From assembly GCF_964355755.1 (NCBI RefSeq), contig NC_092671.1:34668304-34732303 (forward strand): a stretch of DNA of 64,000 nucleotides, in the 5' to 3' direction. Under the pieces are notes generated by a model, which saw only the letters and a program-made list of their open reading frames with translations, had not been told where the DNA came from and did no database searches. How positions within the stretch are numbered: position 1 is the stretch's first letter; every line of letters begins with the position of its first letter. The position numbers and the translations under genes were made by a program. This document shows positions 27,520 through 40,800 of this stretch, piece after piece. Source of the DNA: Antedon mediterranea. Lineage: Eukaryota; Animalia; Echinodermata.

Positions 27520-29620
27520 ATTTAATAGTTTCATAAACTTTGTTTTTATCAATGTAGCTATTGATGACTTTTTGCATATTTAATGAAATGATCTGTAATT
27601 AATATACGGTACTCATTTTTATTTCTGTGTATATATAACTGCAAGTATAAACACAATGCTGTATTATTGATTCGTTTATTATGTATTCCATAATCAATAA
27701 AATTATGAACTTGGCAACCAGCCAATATATTATTTCCTAATATGGTATGCATTCAGTCAATCAGCTGTAATTGGAAATTTTAATATGGTTTTGTATTCAC
27801 AATGAATGGAGTGGGTGCCATGACTGCAGTAAGTAATGGAAGTACTGCAGTACTGAAATGTATTTGCATGTTCGATAAAACATGTACTAAGACAAAATCA
27901 TTTGAAGTACTGCACCACACACAAAAAAGGGTTTTTCACATACTTGGGTACTATAGTAGTAGTTCAAACAAAAATTAGTAAAACTAATTTTAATATTTAT
28001 TTTTTTTTTTTTCTAATTTTAGGTTTTTTTTAAAAAGAACTAATAACTCATGGATATTCGAAACCAAATCAAATCTAATATACAAGCCTGGGAAAAATGG
28101 TGCAGACCTCTCTCAAGTCTACACCCCTTACCTTCTTTATCATATCTAAAAATTGTGAGTGAGTGAGATTCAGCCCAGGAGGTCTAGCTTTGACTTCTTA
28201 ATTTCAAGGGCAGAGAAGATCAGAAAGAGAATATCAGATCTTTCAGTAGTAACTTAATCCTCTACTAAACCTAAACAGATTTGCTAATACTAAAAACAGG
28301 CATTGACATTACAAGATTACAGTTTGTCTCAAGCAAGGAATGTATTAAACATAATGTAATGTGAGGGTGCTATTTTAGGGATTGGAGTTACAACCAGGGT
28401 TACAACCCTGGCACCAGGTCAGGATTAACCACTGGACCCTGGGATTGGAAGGAAAGCTTGTTAACCACCCAGTGATGGTGCCAGGACTTGCCAGACTGAG
28501 GAGCCAAAAGCCCAGACTGAGGAGCCAAAAGCCCAGACTGAGGGGCCAAAAGACCAAAGGGGTGGGGGGGGGGAATGTGCTCAAAGCTATAACCCATTCT
28601 TGAGTGGTCCGGGTGGAACCCTGGAAGCTCTAACAATATTTGACATAAGGGTAGTTTTAGTCACAATTTTAAAGATAACAATCCTTGACTCAGTAGGGCA
28701 TTGTTTTATTTTAAACATGGTCAATCCTCAATCCTGGGTTCAGTCCAACCAAGCTACAGCTCCACTACTTAACAACTCCATTTTTTAACATGATGTAAAG
28801 TGATCAGGGTCCTATCTTAAATTTTATTCACCATAAAGGCTTGAATGATGAATACTCCATAATTAAATTAAATTCTTTAAATTAGCTGCACCATTTTTAT
28901 GTTCCATTTGACATTCAAACTGTTTAGCCTACACTAGACTAGCTGTTGGCTTCACATAAAACGCCAAGACCAAATGGGCCATATTGTAAATTAAAAAAAA
29001 TTTACTGTACAACGTAACGATTGTTTAAAGTGTGATCAACACATTTATTATATTTTTAAGTTAACTGTTTTAAATAAATGATGCTAAGAAATATTTAAAA
29101 GAAAATATAATCTCTATTTTACAATCAAATAATATAGAGGAAAACATATTTAAACAGTCGGGCAGCAAAGTGGTTGACCTCGCGAATTATTACCAAATCA
29201 AAATTTGAATTGCCGCCATCTTGGAATCGCGATAAAGCAAGTAGTGCGGAATTACAAAATGCAGCAAAAAAAAATGTCAATAACATTTAAATAGCATATT
29301 CATACAATTAAATTTATATTAATAAAATTCAACTAAGGATTTTACGAAAGATAGGCTACTTAAGAAATACTGCCGAGATCGGTTCCCCCACACGGCGTAG
29401 GGTACCGCAGTGCTAAGGGGCCTAGGTAGGAAAAAATCTGATTTTACCTGTTAAACATGCTTGAACCAAGGCCATTTTAATATATATTATCCAGATTATA
29501 TATCAAAACAAACTGATAAAAGGATTTGTTGATTTGCTTCTGATGAGAAAAGTGCCGGATTCATTTCGCTGACGGCGAATGAATACACAAATTTTCGCCA
29601 TTTTCTAGCACTAGCCTTGG
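27520..29620 (-). ncRNA. Putative short spliced transcript B (lncRNA, micro-ORF or upstream exon of the LRP gene)
   Basis: YY1-type AAAATGGCG (~29600) and CAAGATGGCGGC (~29215). Donor CAG|GTAAAA at ~29447, candidate 14-nt micro-exon at 28132-28145, acceptor near 27853 and AATAAA near 27678. Confidence 0.25.
28491..28552. repeat. 21-bp tandem repeat x3 (CCAGACTGAGGAGCCAAAAGC)
   Basis: Direct inspection. Confidence 0.85.
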
Positions 29621-29959
29621 GTACCCAGACAGCTGATAACGATTATATTCGATTGTCCAGACGTCTCTGCTACTGGGTGCTCAATACTACAGTATGTATT
29701 ACTATGGACCTATAGGTCCATGGTATTACTGTACATATAGTACTGTATGTTTAGTTTTTGCTTTTTTTATGGCAAAATAAATATTTAATTTTTATTATTG
29801 CTTATTTTGCTTTAACTTTATCCAAGAAGAAGTAAATATTATTATATATATGCATATTACAGTCAAGTTGCAACTGCCACGAATCCACTCCACTTTGGTT
29901 ACTAACTAAATAATTAATAGTATCTATAACATCATAACTAACAAACAAATTAACAAGTT

Positions 29960-31180
29960 AATAAATTAACCACCATTAAATAATTTTATTTACAAAAAAG
30001 TATTTTACATACAGTATAACATGTAATATCTTATTTACATCGAAGTAAAATATGCCTATCAAACTATCTTGCTCAGGCTAAAATATCAAGTTATATATGT
30101 CAATATTTGAGTTAAATCATCGCGATAATAAAAAGACATCTGTTACGTACATCAATTTACAAATATCAAAATAGGATTGTTTTTGCAGCACAAGATGAAT
30201 CACAAGTCGGATAGTTTATTCTTAGAAACCTGAAAGAAAAAAAAACACCAATAATGAGCTTTTCATAGTTAAATAATTTTAATGTCAACTTTAGTCATCC
30301 TAAATTTTGTCGCCATGATCACTACTATACACAATACTGTATATATAAATATCATATGTACGACCATCCAAATTACCTCATCCTACCTACAGTCCTTCCT
30401 AGCCTAGGCTACATTATTGTCATATATTTACAAACCTCCAACAGCCACAACGTATTTTCTTTTCTTTGGCAAAGAATTTCCCGTAATATAGTCTTAAATT
30501 AATTAATTAATTAAAAAGGTCTAGGCCTAGGCCTTTCTTTAAATATCCGACGATATATATCCATAATCCAGTGGATATAGATTCAACATTTTAAACATAA
30601 TAATAATATGGCTTCACATTGATTATAATAAGTCGGCGATATGCCACTAAAAACTAGCCTGCGGCCCTCTCTATCCGCCTACAAATAGCACTGGGTTTCC
30701 GTCAAATGGGCTAGGCCTAGCCTAGGCCTAGATAATACTACAAGTTGGGTACATTTTTTTACAACCAAATAATCTACAATTATATTGCAATATTTACCAA
30801 ACTAGCACCAAATCCAAAATAATAAAGCTACTAATAACATATTTTGGTATATTAACTGGTTTAAAAACGGATTGCACATAGTGATTTTGAAGGATTGAAA
30901 TTACTCAACCACACGGCCTGTACTAAACATACGAATCCAAGATGGAGTCTGCTTAGAATATATCCCCAGCTTTGAACGGATATTGAATCCGTCCCACAAG
31001 CTGAACCAAGCTTAAACTTTCAGAAAAGATAGATTAATAACCTAATAACCAACCACTAAGTTTTTATAAAGGTTCCGTGCTGATGAGAAAAGTGCCGGAT
31101 TCCCTACGAAACCAAACAAATAAATCATGTAGCCTACCTCAACGAACACCTCCATCTGCACTTTTTTCTTCAATAAGCTC
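29960..31180 (-). ncRNA. Putative short spliced transcript A (lncRNA or micro-ORF)
   Basis: TATA box upstream, candidate donors at ~31137 and ~30904, a strong acceptor (T-tract + CAG) at ~30230 and AATAAA near 29985. No ORF of 60 aa or more. Confidence 0.3.
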
Positions 31181-31198
31181 TGTCGTCCTTTCCTGGGC

Positions 31199-31400
31199 TA
31201 TTTATACCAAAATTTTGTGGCGGGAATAATCTTCCATATTAGGAGTAACAATTTCCAAATATAGAAAGATACAATTTAACCCGGATGGTGGAAATTGCAG
31301 CAGATTTGTAAAGGTATTCCCATGCAAAATGCTTGCCGCGAAGTGAAAAGCGAACCGGAAGTCACTATAACTTGGCGATGCTCAGTGACCTGCGCAGTTA
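31199..31400 (-). promoter_or_regulatory. TATA-box promoter candidate with kB-, IRF- and ETS-like motifs
   Basis: Minus-strand TATAAATA at 31199-31206 and GGGAATACCT at 31312-31321. Plus-strand AAGTGAAAAGCGAA at 31341-31354 and CCGGAAGT at 31355-31362. Confidence 0.4.
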
Positions 31401-31643
31401 AAAAACAGCGTTTTAACGGTTAAATGAGCACTTTGCTGCTCGACTGTAAATAGTCTACAAATAACATAAATTCAAAATTTACAGGATTTCAACATAAAAT
31501 ATAACAAAACATAATATAAATGAAATTTTACATTAAATTAAGTTATAATATAATAATTAATATGATAATTCTCATGCTTCATAATTCAATAATTAATAAG
31601 ATTTATATACATAGAACCTCTTCTTTAGGACACCCCTTATTAA

Positions 31644-31975
31644 AGATGTATTGTCACCCAAAAACATAAAAAATTAAGATTAATTAAATTAGACTTTGAC
31701 TAGGTTATTTTGTAGTTTTAATCAAGGTAATCCCTTTCGTAAAAAAAAAAACAAACAAAAAATGTTTTCTGATATAAAATGACAAAATAAATGATCAAAT
31801 TCAACCAAAAACACATTGGCTGGCAGCCAATTTGACTATTGTTTGCTTTAAATGAAAGTTTTTTCAGGTAAATACATTTTTGTTTTTGTTCAAAGTGACT
31901 AACTATGCGACATTAAAATGGCATATTTAATAACAACAATTTAAAAAATTATTTTTTCAGAGGGACAATACACCT
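31644..31975. mobile_element. Kolobok-like MITE nested in a mariner-like MITE (about 31612-32115)
   Basis: TTAA TSD with AGATGTATTGTC / GACAATACACCT termini. Confidence 0.6.
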
Positions 31976-34858
31976 TTAAGGGGACACTAGTCAGTAAACG
32001 AAAGAAGGGAAATATATATTTTAACATTATGGCAAACTCTTATCCAAAGATCACCCCAATTAAAGGTAAACTTTGTTGGGTTGCAACATGTCCCCTTAAT
32101 AGGAGTTCTACTGTATCAGTTAATTATATCATGGATTTAGAATTTGTTAATGTCTTTGTGACTATGTCATATATTCTTATTATGTAAACAGATAACATAT
32201 ACATACAGTATTACACACACAACTCAAGTGATTTCTGTAACATACAAAACAGAGACTGAATAATATTTGCACATCAACATCAGTAATAACTATAAACTAC
32301 TAATATTCAAATAAAAACGTAAAAATGTTCCAGGTGTATTCCCTCAGTCACTTCCAAGATTTGTTTGATAGTCCAGATCATAGGGTTGGTTTTTAACCAG
32401 CCTCATTAACTAACACCTTTGGACAGCCATCAACAGTGCCATATTTTATTAAGTTATTGGCCTAGCCTTCAACATTCATTTGGGATAAAACCAGTAAATT
32501 AATTATATAACAGTTTACTGTGTAGGTGTGTTATAAAACAAATAATGAATGTGTTATATTCATGGAATGCACGCACCTCATTGAATAGACAAGTACATCT
32601 TTTAACTCATAAAAATATTTTCTCCAATCCAATATTCATTATTCGTACATGTCATTTTATAAAAAAGATAAAGATAAAGATAAAACGTATACTAAAGGAC
32701 TGTTAATTACGTTCCTGAAATATGATATACATAACATATTTCGTCGTGAGGTAATTTTCTGATTGATCGTAATCAAAACGGTACTGGGTATGGTCTACTA
32801 GCTTTCCTGCTCCCAACTCATCATCCATTCATAGAAGCCTTGATGAAGTAAGCCTACCTGGTGATAACCATAGAACGGTCCCGAGATAACGACTATACTT
32901 CGGCTTTAGTCGATAGAAGATTAAAAAATTGGTTAGAGAGAGAATACGGTGTTTGATTACATTAGTGTTTTATTTGTTACATTATGTGTGGAAGAGTATA
33001 TAGAATTGATGTTCCGCATTGTTATAGTCAATATGATTAATCCATGTCGTTTTGGTTAACCTATATTATTTTATACATATTTAAAATAATTAAAATAATT
33101 GTTATGATTATATTATTAAAAAAATTATATTTGTTAGTATAAATTTCATAATAAAAATGGGTATAAAGAAGAAATAGCAAAGAGATTATGGAGCGGCTAT
33201 TCCTGAATATACAATAATAAGTATCGTAAGTTAGTTTATAAATGTTAGGCGATCTTGTCAAAGGTCAAGCGCCATAGCCTGCCACATTTTGATATTCAAT
33301 ATTGAACTTGACCTAATAAATATTAATTAGGAATGTTTTAAAAATAGTTTTTAAGAGTACTATCAAATTAAATATTTGTTTAAAATTTTATATATTTAAT
33401 TTTAATATTCGCAAATAATTACAAATTTAAATATAATTATAATCAATAATCAACGTTGTTAGGATCAAATTTAAAAACATCATTGTTTGTCTCAAAACCA
33501 GAATAACTAATTTTATATTATATCATATTTCTACCTACATTTGAAATCAAGTTACTATGTTATTAAATAAGACATTATATACATATATTGGTAGAGCATT
33601 CTGTACATTGAGGAATGTATGTGGAATATAAATAAATTTCAAGTTTTATAATACAATTTAACAATAAAAATGGAAACAATTCAAATTCATCACCCATTCA
33701 AACAAAATTATGTCAAAAAGCATCTTGAAAATGGAAGTCTTGTTGGGAAGTTCCTCTGGACATAGTTACTTTGTTGTCATAGATGTATTGTACAAGCTTG
33801 ATTTTCACCAGTTAATGCTGAGTTGCAGCGAGTTGCATTGAGTTAAGTTAAAGACCCATTCGCTACAATTTGTGACGTTTCGTAAAAATAATGCATATAT
33901 ATTACTTTCATTAAAACAGGTCAGGTAAATGTACGTTTTATGGTAAATTATGATAAAAAGAGAGAAACAATGCACTACCTAAGTAGCTCGCTGTGAATGT
34001 CCTCTCGTGGACGGTCTTTAGGCCTAGTTTAGCTAGGCTTAGTCTTGTAGGCCTACCTGGTAAACATCAGTAACGAACGAACATCATACGCTAGCTGTAG
34101 GCCTAGCCTGATGTTGTATATTTGCTGCATTAATTGTCTTTCTGTTTTTGCCAGACTCAGTTGATACAAATTGGAAAAAACCTGGTGTTTTCTCTAAAAA
34201 GTTAGAGTCTTCCATTTGTTTTGGCCTCACAAACGATCGAAAAGTGGGTGAATTACAGAAGAAAAATGAAAATATAAATTTTTTTTAACCATTTAAAGAT
34301 CTCAATAGGATCATATACTATTTATTTTTTCATTAAATGTTGTTTGTGACCTTTAATTAGATCTAAAAAATGTAGGGAATGGGATCATTTTACAGGAAAA
34401 GGTGGTAAAAATCAATGCTAAAAATCGTTAAAATCTGCTATCATTGAAGTTAACCCGAATTCACTCAACGTGAGCATGTCCCAGCAATGCTAATTTTATA
34501 GCTTTGCAACCAATCCAAGCTTAGGAAGTGGGCTATGACACAGATATTGAAAAGCTCAGGAGCTACATGACGAAAATTAAATCGCAGTTATATTTGCTTT
34601 TGTAGAAGGAAGGGTAGCACATTTTTTTTCTCTGCGAACTGTTCCATTGCGTGAATTCGTCTAGTGGAAATCAGGTTTTAGGTATACTTTTTGTATGATT
34701 TCAGAATAAAACCAATAAATTGGGATGTATTTTTATGTAAAGCGCCATTGAGCATGTTTATTCATGAAAAGGGCTCTATAGAAATGTGGTATATTATTAT
34801 AAATAAATTGAGAAATGGAATTGAAACTTTCTAATTATACTTCTTAAACAACAAACAC

Positions 34859-37800
34859 TTAATAAACGGCTTTAACCTCTACATCATTATGATTGTAAAA
34901 ATCTACCAAGACGTCAATAATGACACTCATTGCTGTAACCGTTATATTAATGCTGTCAAGTAGCTGTTCTTCGTACTCTGGTTTCTCAATGTCGTCTTCG
35001 TCGACAGAAACAAAGTGGATGAAGTCAACATATGATGGCACTGCTTTTGCTGCCAGCTGGAAGAAAACAAATGTTTATATTATTCTATTTCTATCTTTAG
35101 TGTTATTTAAAAGAGAAATATGTTGATAGTTTTGTTTGATAGGACGATTTAGGTCACCTGACATTTATAAATCGGAGTATAGACGACTAATTGTTGTACG
35201 GCAATACCACATTGTTTTCATCAGACAATCAAAGTTATGCAATGTTTGGTCCGGTAGATAACTTGGGTGCGTCTAGGTATATCGGTTGCTGTATAGACCT
35301 AACCCTAAGCCTGACTGTGTAATATAGATGGTATCCTTAAAAAGAGTAGGGGATAATCTCCTGGTGTGCTGATTTGGGTAGGCACTGAACTGCTGGCTGC
35401 TGTGGGTGCACAGAGGGCCTAATCCACAATTTTTTACCTTCCAGTTACACTAATCCTGAGCTTGAATATATTAACATTACTTTACCCTATGACATCATTT
35501 TATTACAATTAAAAAGTGTTCATTCCTTTCATTAAAATGGCATATTCGGCAAAACACTTTTTAAAAAATATTTTTTTAAGGGGACAATATATCTTGAAGA
35601 AAAACAAATTGTTTAACACCACTCACAGCAAATACTCCCTTGACGACCCATCCATGATATTGCTTTAGTGTTTTGGAGTAGGCATTATTTGCTGCAACGC
35701 TTAAATCTCGTTCACCATTCTTAATGTCTGTTAAAAATTCACATATATAGCTGAGAGCCCTGTAATAAAAAATGTGAGAGAGCATAAGAAACAAATGGTA
35801 CAAACTACAACAAAGTATTCATCTAATGATAATACATAGGCTTACAGATAAGTTACAGCTAGACTGCAGCCAGTAAAGGATAAATGACAACTCCACTCCC
35901 AAACGACAAAGTATTTTTAGGCAGTTTGCCTGTTCATTACATGCCTTACGATTTTGATTTAAACTTGAAAGTTTGGTATTATCATACATGAAATATTAAG
36001 TATTTTCAGCTAAGAACCCTAGTACAGCTTAGAAGTAACACATTTCTTGGACCAGCCAAAAGTATATTGTGTTTTGCCACCACGAACAAAAAAATGTCTC
36101 ATGTGTCTAAATGATATTGTACAGATGAAAGAAATAAATCAAATACTCCAGGGAAAAATTTCATTTGAATATTTTGTTTAGCAAAATTGCTAATCAAACT
36201 GATTTTTTAGTCAAGAAACATAGTTTTGTATTGTATTTTTTGCTACACAATTGTAGAAATGTGTAGCAAAAAGTTTGTTTTGTATAGCTTTTTGCTATGC
36301 TACACTGGCGAAATTATTCCCTGTACTCATGAGGTTACTTTAGGGAAAATATAAAAATTAATCTTTTATATAACAAAATATTAATTTTAAGATAAATAAC
36401 TTTATTGCTGCTTAATCTATCCAGGGAGGTATTCATCCCTGGTCTACCATCCTCATGCTTTTTTACCACTGGCGAAATGTGGCAAACTGCCTAAAAATAC
36501 TGTGTCGAGAATACTATTCTCATCAGAACTGAAAACAATGCCTAGAGTACTTATATACCTACACAGATGTATTTAATTATTCTTGAAACATGTCACGTTA
36601 TATAATACGTCTAATAAACATTACCTTCTAAGCCACATCAGTGCATCTGTAGCAGAATTTTTCACCCGTGTTGTATTATTTTTAATCTCCTGTTGTACTA
36701 TCTTTTGTAATGTTTCAAATGCTACCGGGTCTGTTGAATATTTTTGTTGTAATTTCTGAAAAATTAATATTCGTGAATTATTGACAATATAAATGTCTTC
36801 ACACATTACATACAATGTAGTAAGGCAGCATATTCTACTGGCTACCGTCAGTGTAAATCTCTCAGGTAATTCACTTCTAAAATATATCCTTTTTCGATAA
36901 CTTATGTTAGTCTTTTAGCGCTGTGAGACATCAGTAAAAATATTATTATTACTGGTGGGATGGGTTGCGCAATAATCATGCTCAACATGCGCAACATTTT
37001 GTCGTGAGGTGGTTTCCCAAATGATCGTAAAATTAAAACGGTACTGGGTATGAATAACTAGCGTTCTTGTCACCAACTAGTCATCCATTCATAGAAGTAC
37101 TGATGTAGCAGCACAAAGCTATAATTGTTCAGTATGCCTTCCATGTGACTTATGATGTTAAAACCAACCAATCAAATGGCTAGGATACATAGGGCATATC
37201 TAATAAATACGATGCTTCTAATATTAATTTCTCACCTTTATATTGCCATTGACATCCATTTTGACAGGAGTGAATGCTGATGAATTTAATGCATCTTTAA
37301 AAAAATTATAAATAACATGAAAGCATAAATGTTTGATATAAGTAATATGAATAAATGAATTTGGTCCTGAACCAAATGAGTAATAGTTGGTTTATGAAAC
37401 AAGACGGTATGAGTATGATGAATATGTAATGACCTTTACTCACGCATGTCACTACTGCGCAACAATCCACCCTAACGCAGTTGCTGTCCTGTTTCGTAAA
37501 CTCACTGTTAATGAAACTGGGATTGTTGACACCTTTGATATCTATTTGTATTTTTTAATCCACTTTTTTTTTTTCTTTTTTTTTAAACTAAATCAACTTC
37601 TATTGCTATTTTTAAAAAAGAACTTAAAACGCATCTTTTTAACATCCAATACAAGCGCCTTTGATTTTTACTTCGGTTATAGTTGATTCTGGTGCTATAC
37701 AAATACTTAAATTATTATTAAAAACTACTATACTAAACATATATTTATCGTTCAAAAACTCTATTTTAATAATTAAAATAAAAACTTTCAAAAGAAGTTT

Positions 37801-40800
37801 CGTTTTCAGGGATAACAACTACACTGAAACAGGAAGTAGTTAATGCATATTTACCAAAAAATCCAACAACGTTAACACAAGCTTTAAGGAAGGGTTCTGT
37901 CGGAATGCTGAAGTCATGTCCTAGTTTAACATCTGAAAAACTGAAGAATAAAAATAAAATGTTACATATAACATTTATAACAAAATGATATTGCACAAAG
38001 AATGATACATTATAAACAATAGGCAGTTATTTTAAAATGAAAACTTCTGTCTAAAGCTCTGTCTACACTATCAAATTAGTTTGACAAAAAAAAGTGTGCC
38101 CATATGGTAGTGATATGCTAAAATATGGTAGTGATATGACATCATGTCCATGGGCACATCACATTTTGTTGTCACATAAAGTTTGATAGTGTAGACAGAG
38201 CTTTAAGTCTTATGTTGACCTGGAAAGCAGTGAACTAAAAGGAATTTGTTGCGCTAACGCAATCATGTCAAATTTCATGCAACTGAACAAAACTGAAAAG
38301 ATCCTACGTGAATGTCAACATTGAACTGATTGCAACCCTGTTGAAGGGCCCTTTATGATCATTTCCTTCACTGGACGAGCCACCCTCAATAAGATAGTAT
38401 TAAATAAATAGTTATGTACACCACATGCATGACATGATTCAAAGTTTTCAGTTCCTTTCAGAACAACTGAACAGAACAGAAAAGAGCCAATGCCTATGTT
38501 GACGTCAAACTGATTGGAACCCTGTTGAAGGGCCTTTTATGATTATTTTCTTCACTGGACGGGCCACGCCACCCTCATTAAAGATGGTATTACATGAACA
38601 ATTTAAATAAGTACATGATTGACATAATTCAAATTTTCAAACATTATTCATATAGGAAATTACCTGAAAGGTAATGATGAAAAGAAATTTGGTATCCGTT
38701 TGGTATTTTCATAATCTAACGTTCGTTTTGCAAGACTATTTCTTGCATAGGCAGTCGGCATAGCACCAATTCCATTCGTTTTTGCCACACTATTCTCTAG
38801 ATTTGGATCGCTTTCTGATGACGATCTGTGTTTTTCAGATGATCTTTGATGTCCCTGGTTACTGTCAGCCCTCGGTGATGTTGGACCTGATGACGATGAA
38901 CTAATGGAACGATTATTGCGTGGACGTGCCGAGGCTATTTCTTCAAGGTTTCGGTAACGTGTGCGTACGCCTGGTGAATTCTTTACTGGAGGAGTGTATC
39001 TAAATGTAATATAAATTTATCTCCAATTATTAATTACCGTAATTAATCAACCTACGTTCTATACATTAGTGGCGGTAACTATCTCTGTTGGTTTCGATTG
39101 AATAAAATAAAATATAAAAAATAAAACTTATTGACCTTGAATTGACCGCTGACATTATACAAAGTACCCTTACCTGTCATCAACAGAATGAGGCCTATGA
39201 AGATGCTTTTTCTGTTGGGAAAAAAAAACACATTGCATTATTAAAGGACCATGGTCAAAATTATTCTACTGCAGTAACTGCAGTACTACATTCTGTTTAT
39301 TCTTTAACCTGTTTATCCTATTATTTATCAAGCTTCTTTTTGGTAAACATACAGTACATAGTGTACTGCTTATTGCAATGACTGTCTCATAAACGTCTAC
39401 ATTGAATCAAATTAAATCATGTAGTTATTGCAGTACCTGCAGTAGAATGGTTTTGATGTGATCCCTAAACTAATGTATTAAAACCAATTAATCATACAGA
39501 CAAGATAACATCTTTTAAGATCCAAATTGCTCACTCTACTAACTGTATGTATTTTAATAATTATGTTAATGTATCAGAAAAAGAAGTGGAATGATACAGA
39601 AGTTTTGAATCATGTACTGAATAGGAAGGAGTTTTGAAAACACTGTACACTACAGGGCTGCAAATTAACTTTTTTACTTGGTAGCACTATCAAATTTGTA
39701 TGATGGCTCATAATAATTTTTGGTAGCACCACCAATTTTTTTAGTAGCACCTTTTCATCGACAACAACCCCCTTCCCTCAAACCCCATCCGCGCAGATCC
39801 GTTTTTAGTTTAGTTGCGGGGGGGGGGGTATAAAAATAACCCCCCCCCCCCCCCCCGCGCTTGGGCGGGGGGATTTTTAAGTAATCATAGGTTGTTTCAA
39901 TCGATTTCTGAGCACATAAATTGGGTTATGCACATTTTAGGCACTGGTCCTGATGCGCCACTTATATTCACGCAAGATTTATTCTTTTTACGGTACGGAA
40001 AGAAATTACTGCTTTGTATATACGCGTAACCTTTCGTAGCCTACGCGTAAATAGACCGTAGGTCATTGTTCTCTAAACGTATCCTGCAATTTACAAAGTA
40101 TTGTTCGTTGCCTACAATGTATTGTTTATGATAATATCTACGCGTCGATACACCAATGTCATCGCCTTTAGGAGCATGAACAATGGAAACAAACATTATT
40201 TGTTGGCTAATTAAAATCCTAGAAGACGTTAATTTTTGTAGCCGCCCTACACATCGGTTGTCCTAATTTGGCAGGACATCCGCTGACGAGACGACATCGG
40301 ACCCGAGGCCCTCAACTCACGCAGAGAGAGTTTCGGCGGCCTACATGATTCAATCCGGCCATTCAATCCTACCTTGGTTTAGCGAATTATAAAAACAACA
40401 CCACCTTGGCTAGGACGCAAACAAAATATATGCAAAATAAATATATATTCCATGTTAAGATTTAACATAGGCCTTTGTAAATTATTATTACGATAAAAGG
40501 CCCGACCAGAATTTGGAGGGGAAAAACGTGCGAATCGTGGGAACAGTTTATAGAGCTGTATTATGTTTTATGTGACGCAAAATTCAGGTACAAGTACTCT
40601 GTTTTGTAGCCACGTGGTAAAACAGAGTATCGCGTTTCATGACATGTGACCAAAAAACTAGGTCTGTATTAATTACGGTCTTCTGTCGGCAGTCTTTTGA
40701 GCGACCGATTGAACGTTCTGATACTATATTTAGAATGAATTGTTTACGATCTTTTTGTTTGCATGTTTTTGGATCGACTGGACGTTCGATATATTATTTT

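Noticed and set aside
28375-28636. Overlapping ORFs with repeated heptapeptides
   Set aside because: Produced by a 21-bp tandem repeat and SINE-like remnants.
29540-29562. SH2-like peptide ESGTFLIR encoded by the conserved 23-mer
   Set aside because: Stops follow within a few codons in both copies, and conservation is at nucleotide level rather than codon-like.
29540-29575. C/D-box snoRNA (TGATGA...CTGA)
   Set aside because: The D-like CTGA is absent from the 31080 copy, no rRNA or snRNA target was recognised, and splice signals point to the opposite strand.
31080-31112. Hammerhead ribozyme (CTGATGAG...CGAAAC)
   Set aside because: No convincing stem II or stem I/III pairing, and the paralogous copy lacks the GAAA core.
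32735-32850. Segment similar to 36993-37105
   Set aside because: Looks like fragments of an ordinary dispersed repeat, with no definable termini.
38285-38600. Degenerate ~185-bp direct duplication in a PLEKHA8 intron
   Set aside because: No ORF, splice signals or structure evident; ordinary local duplication.
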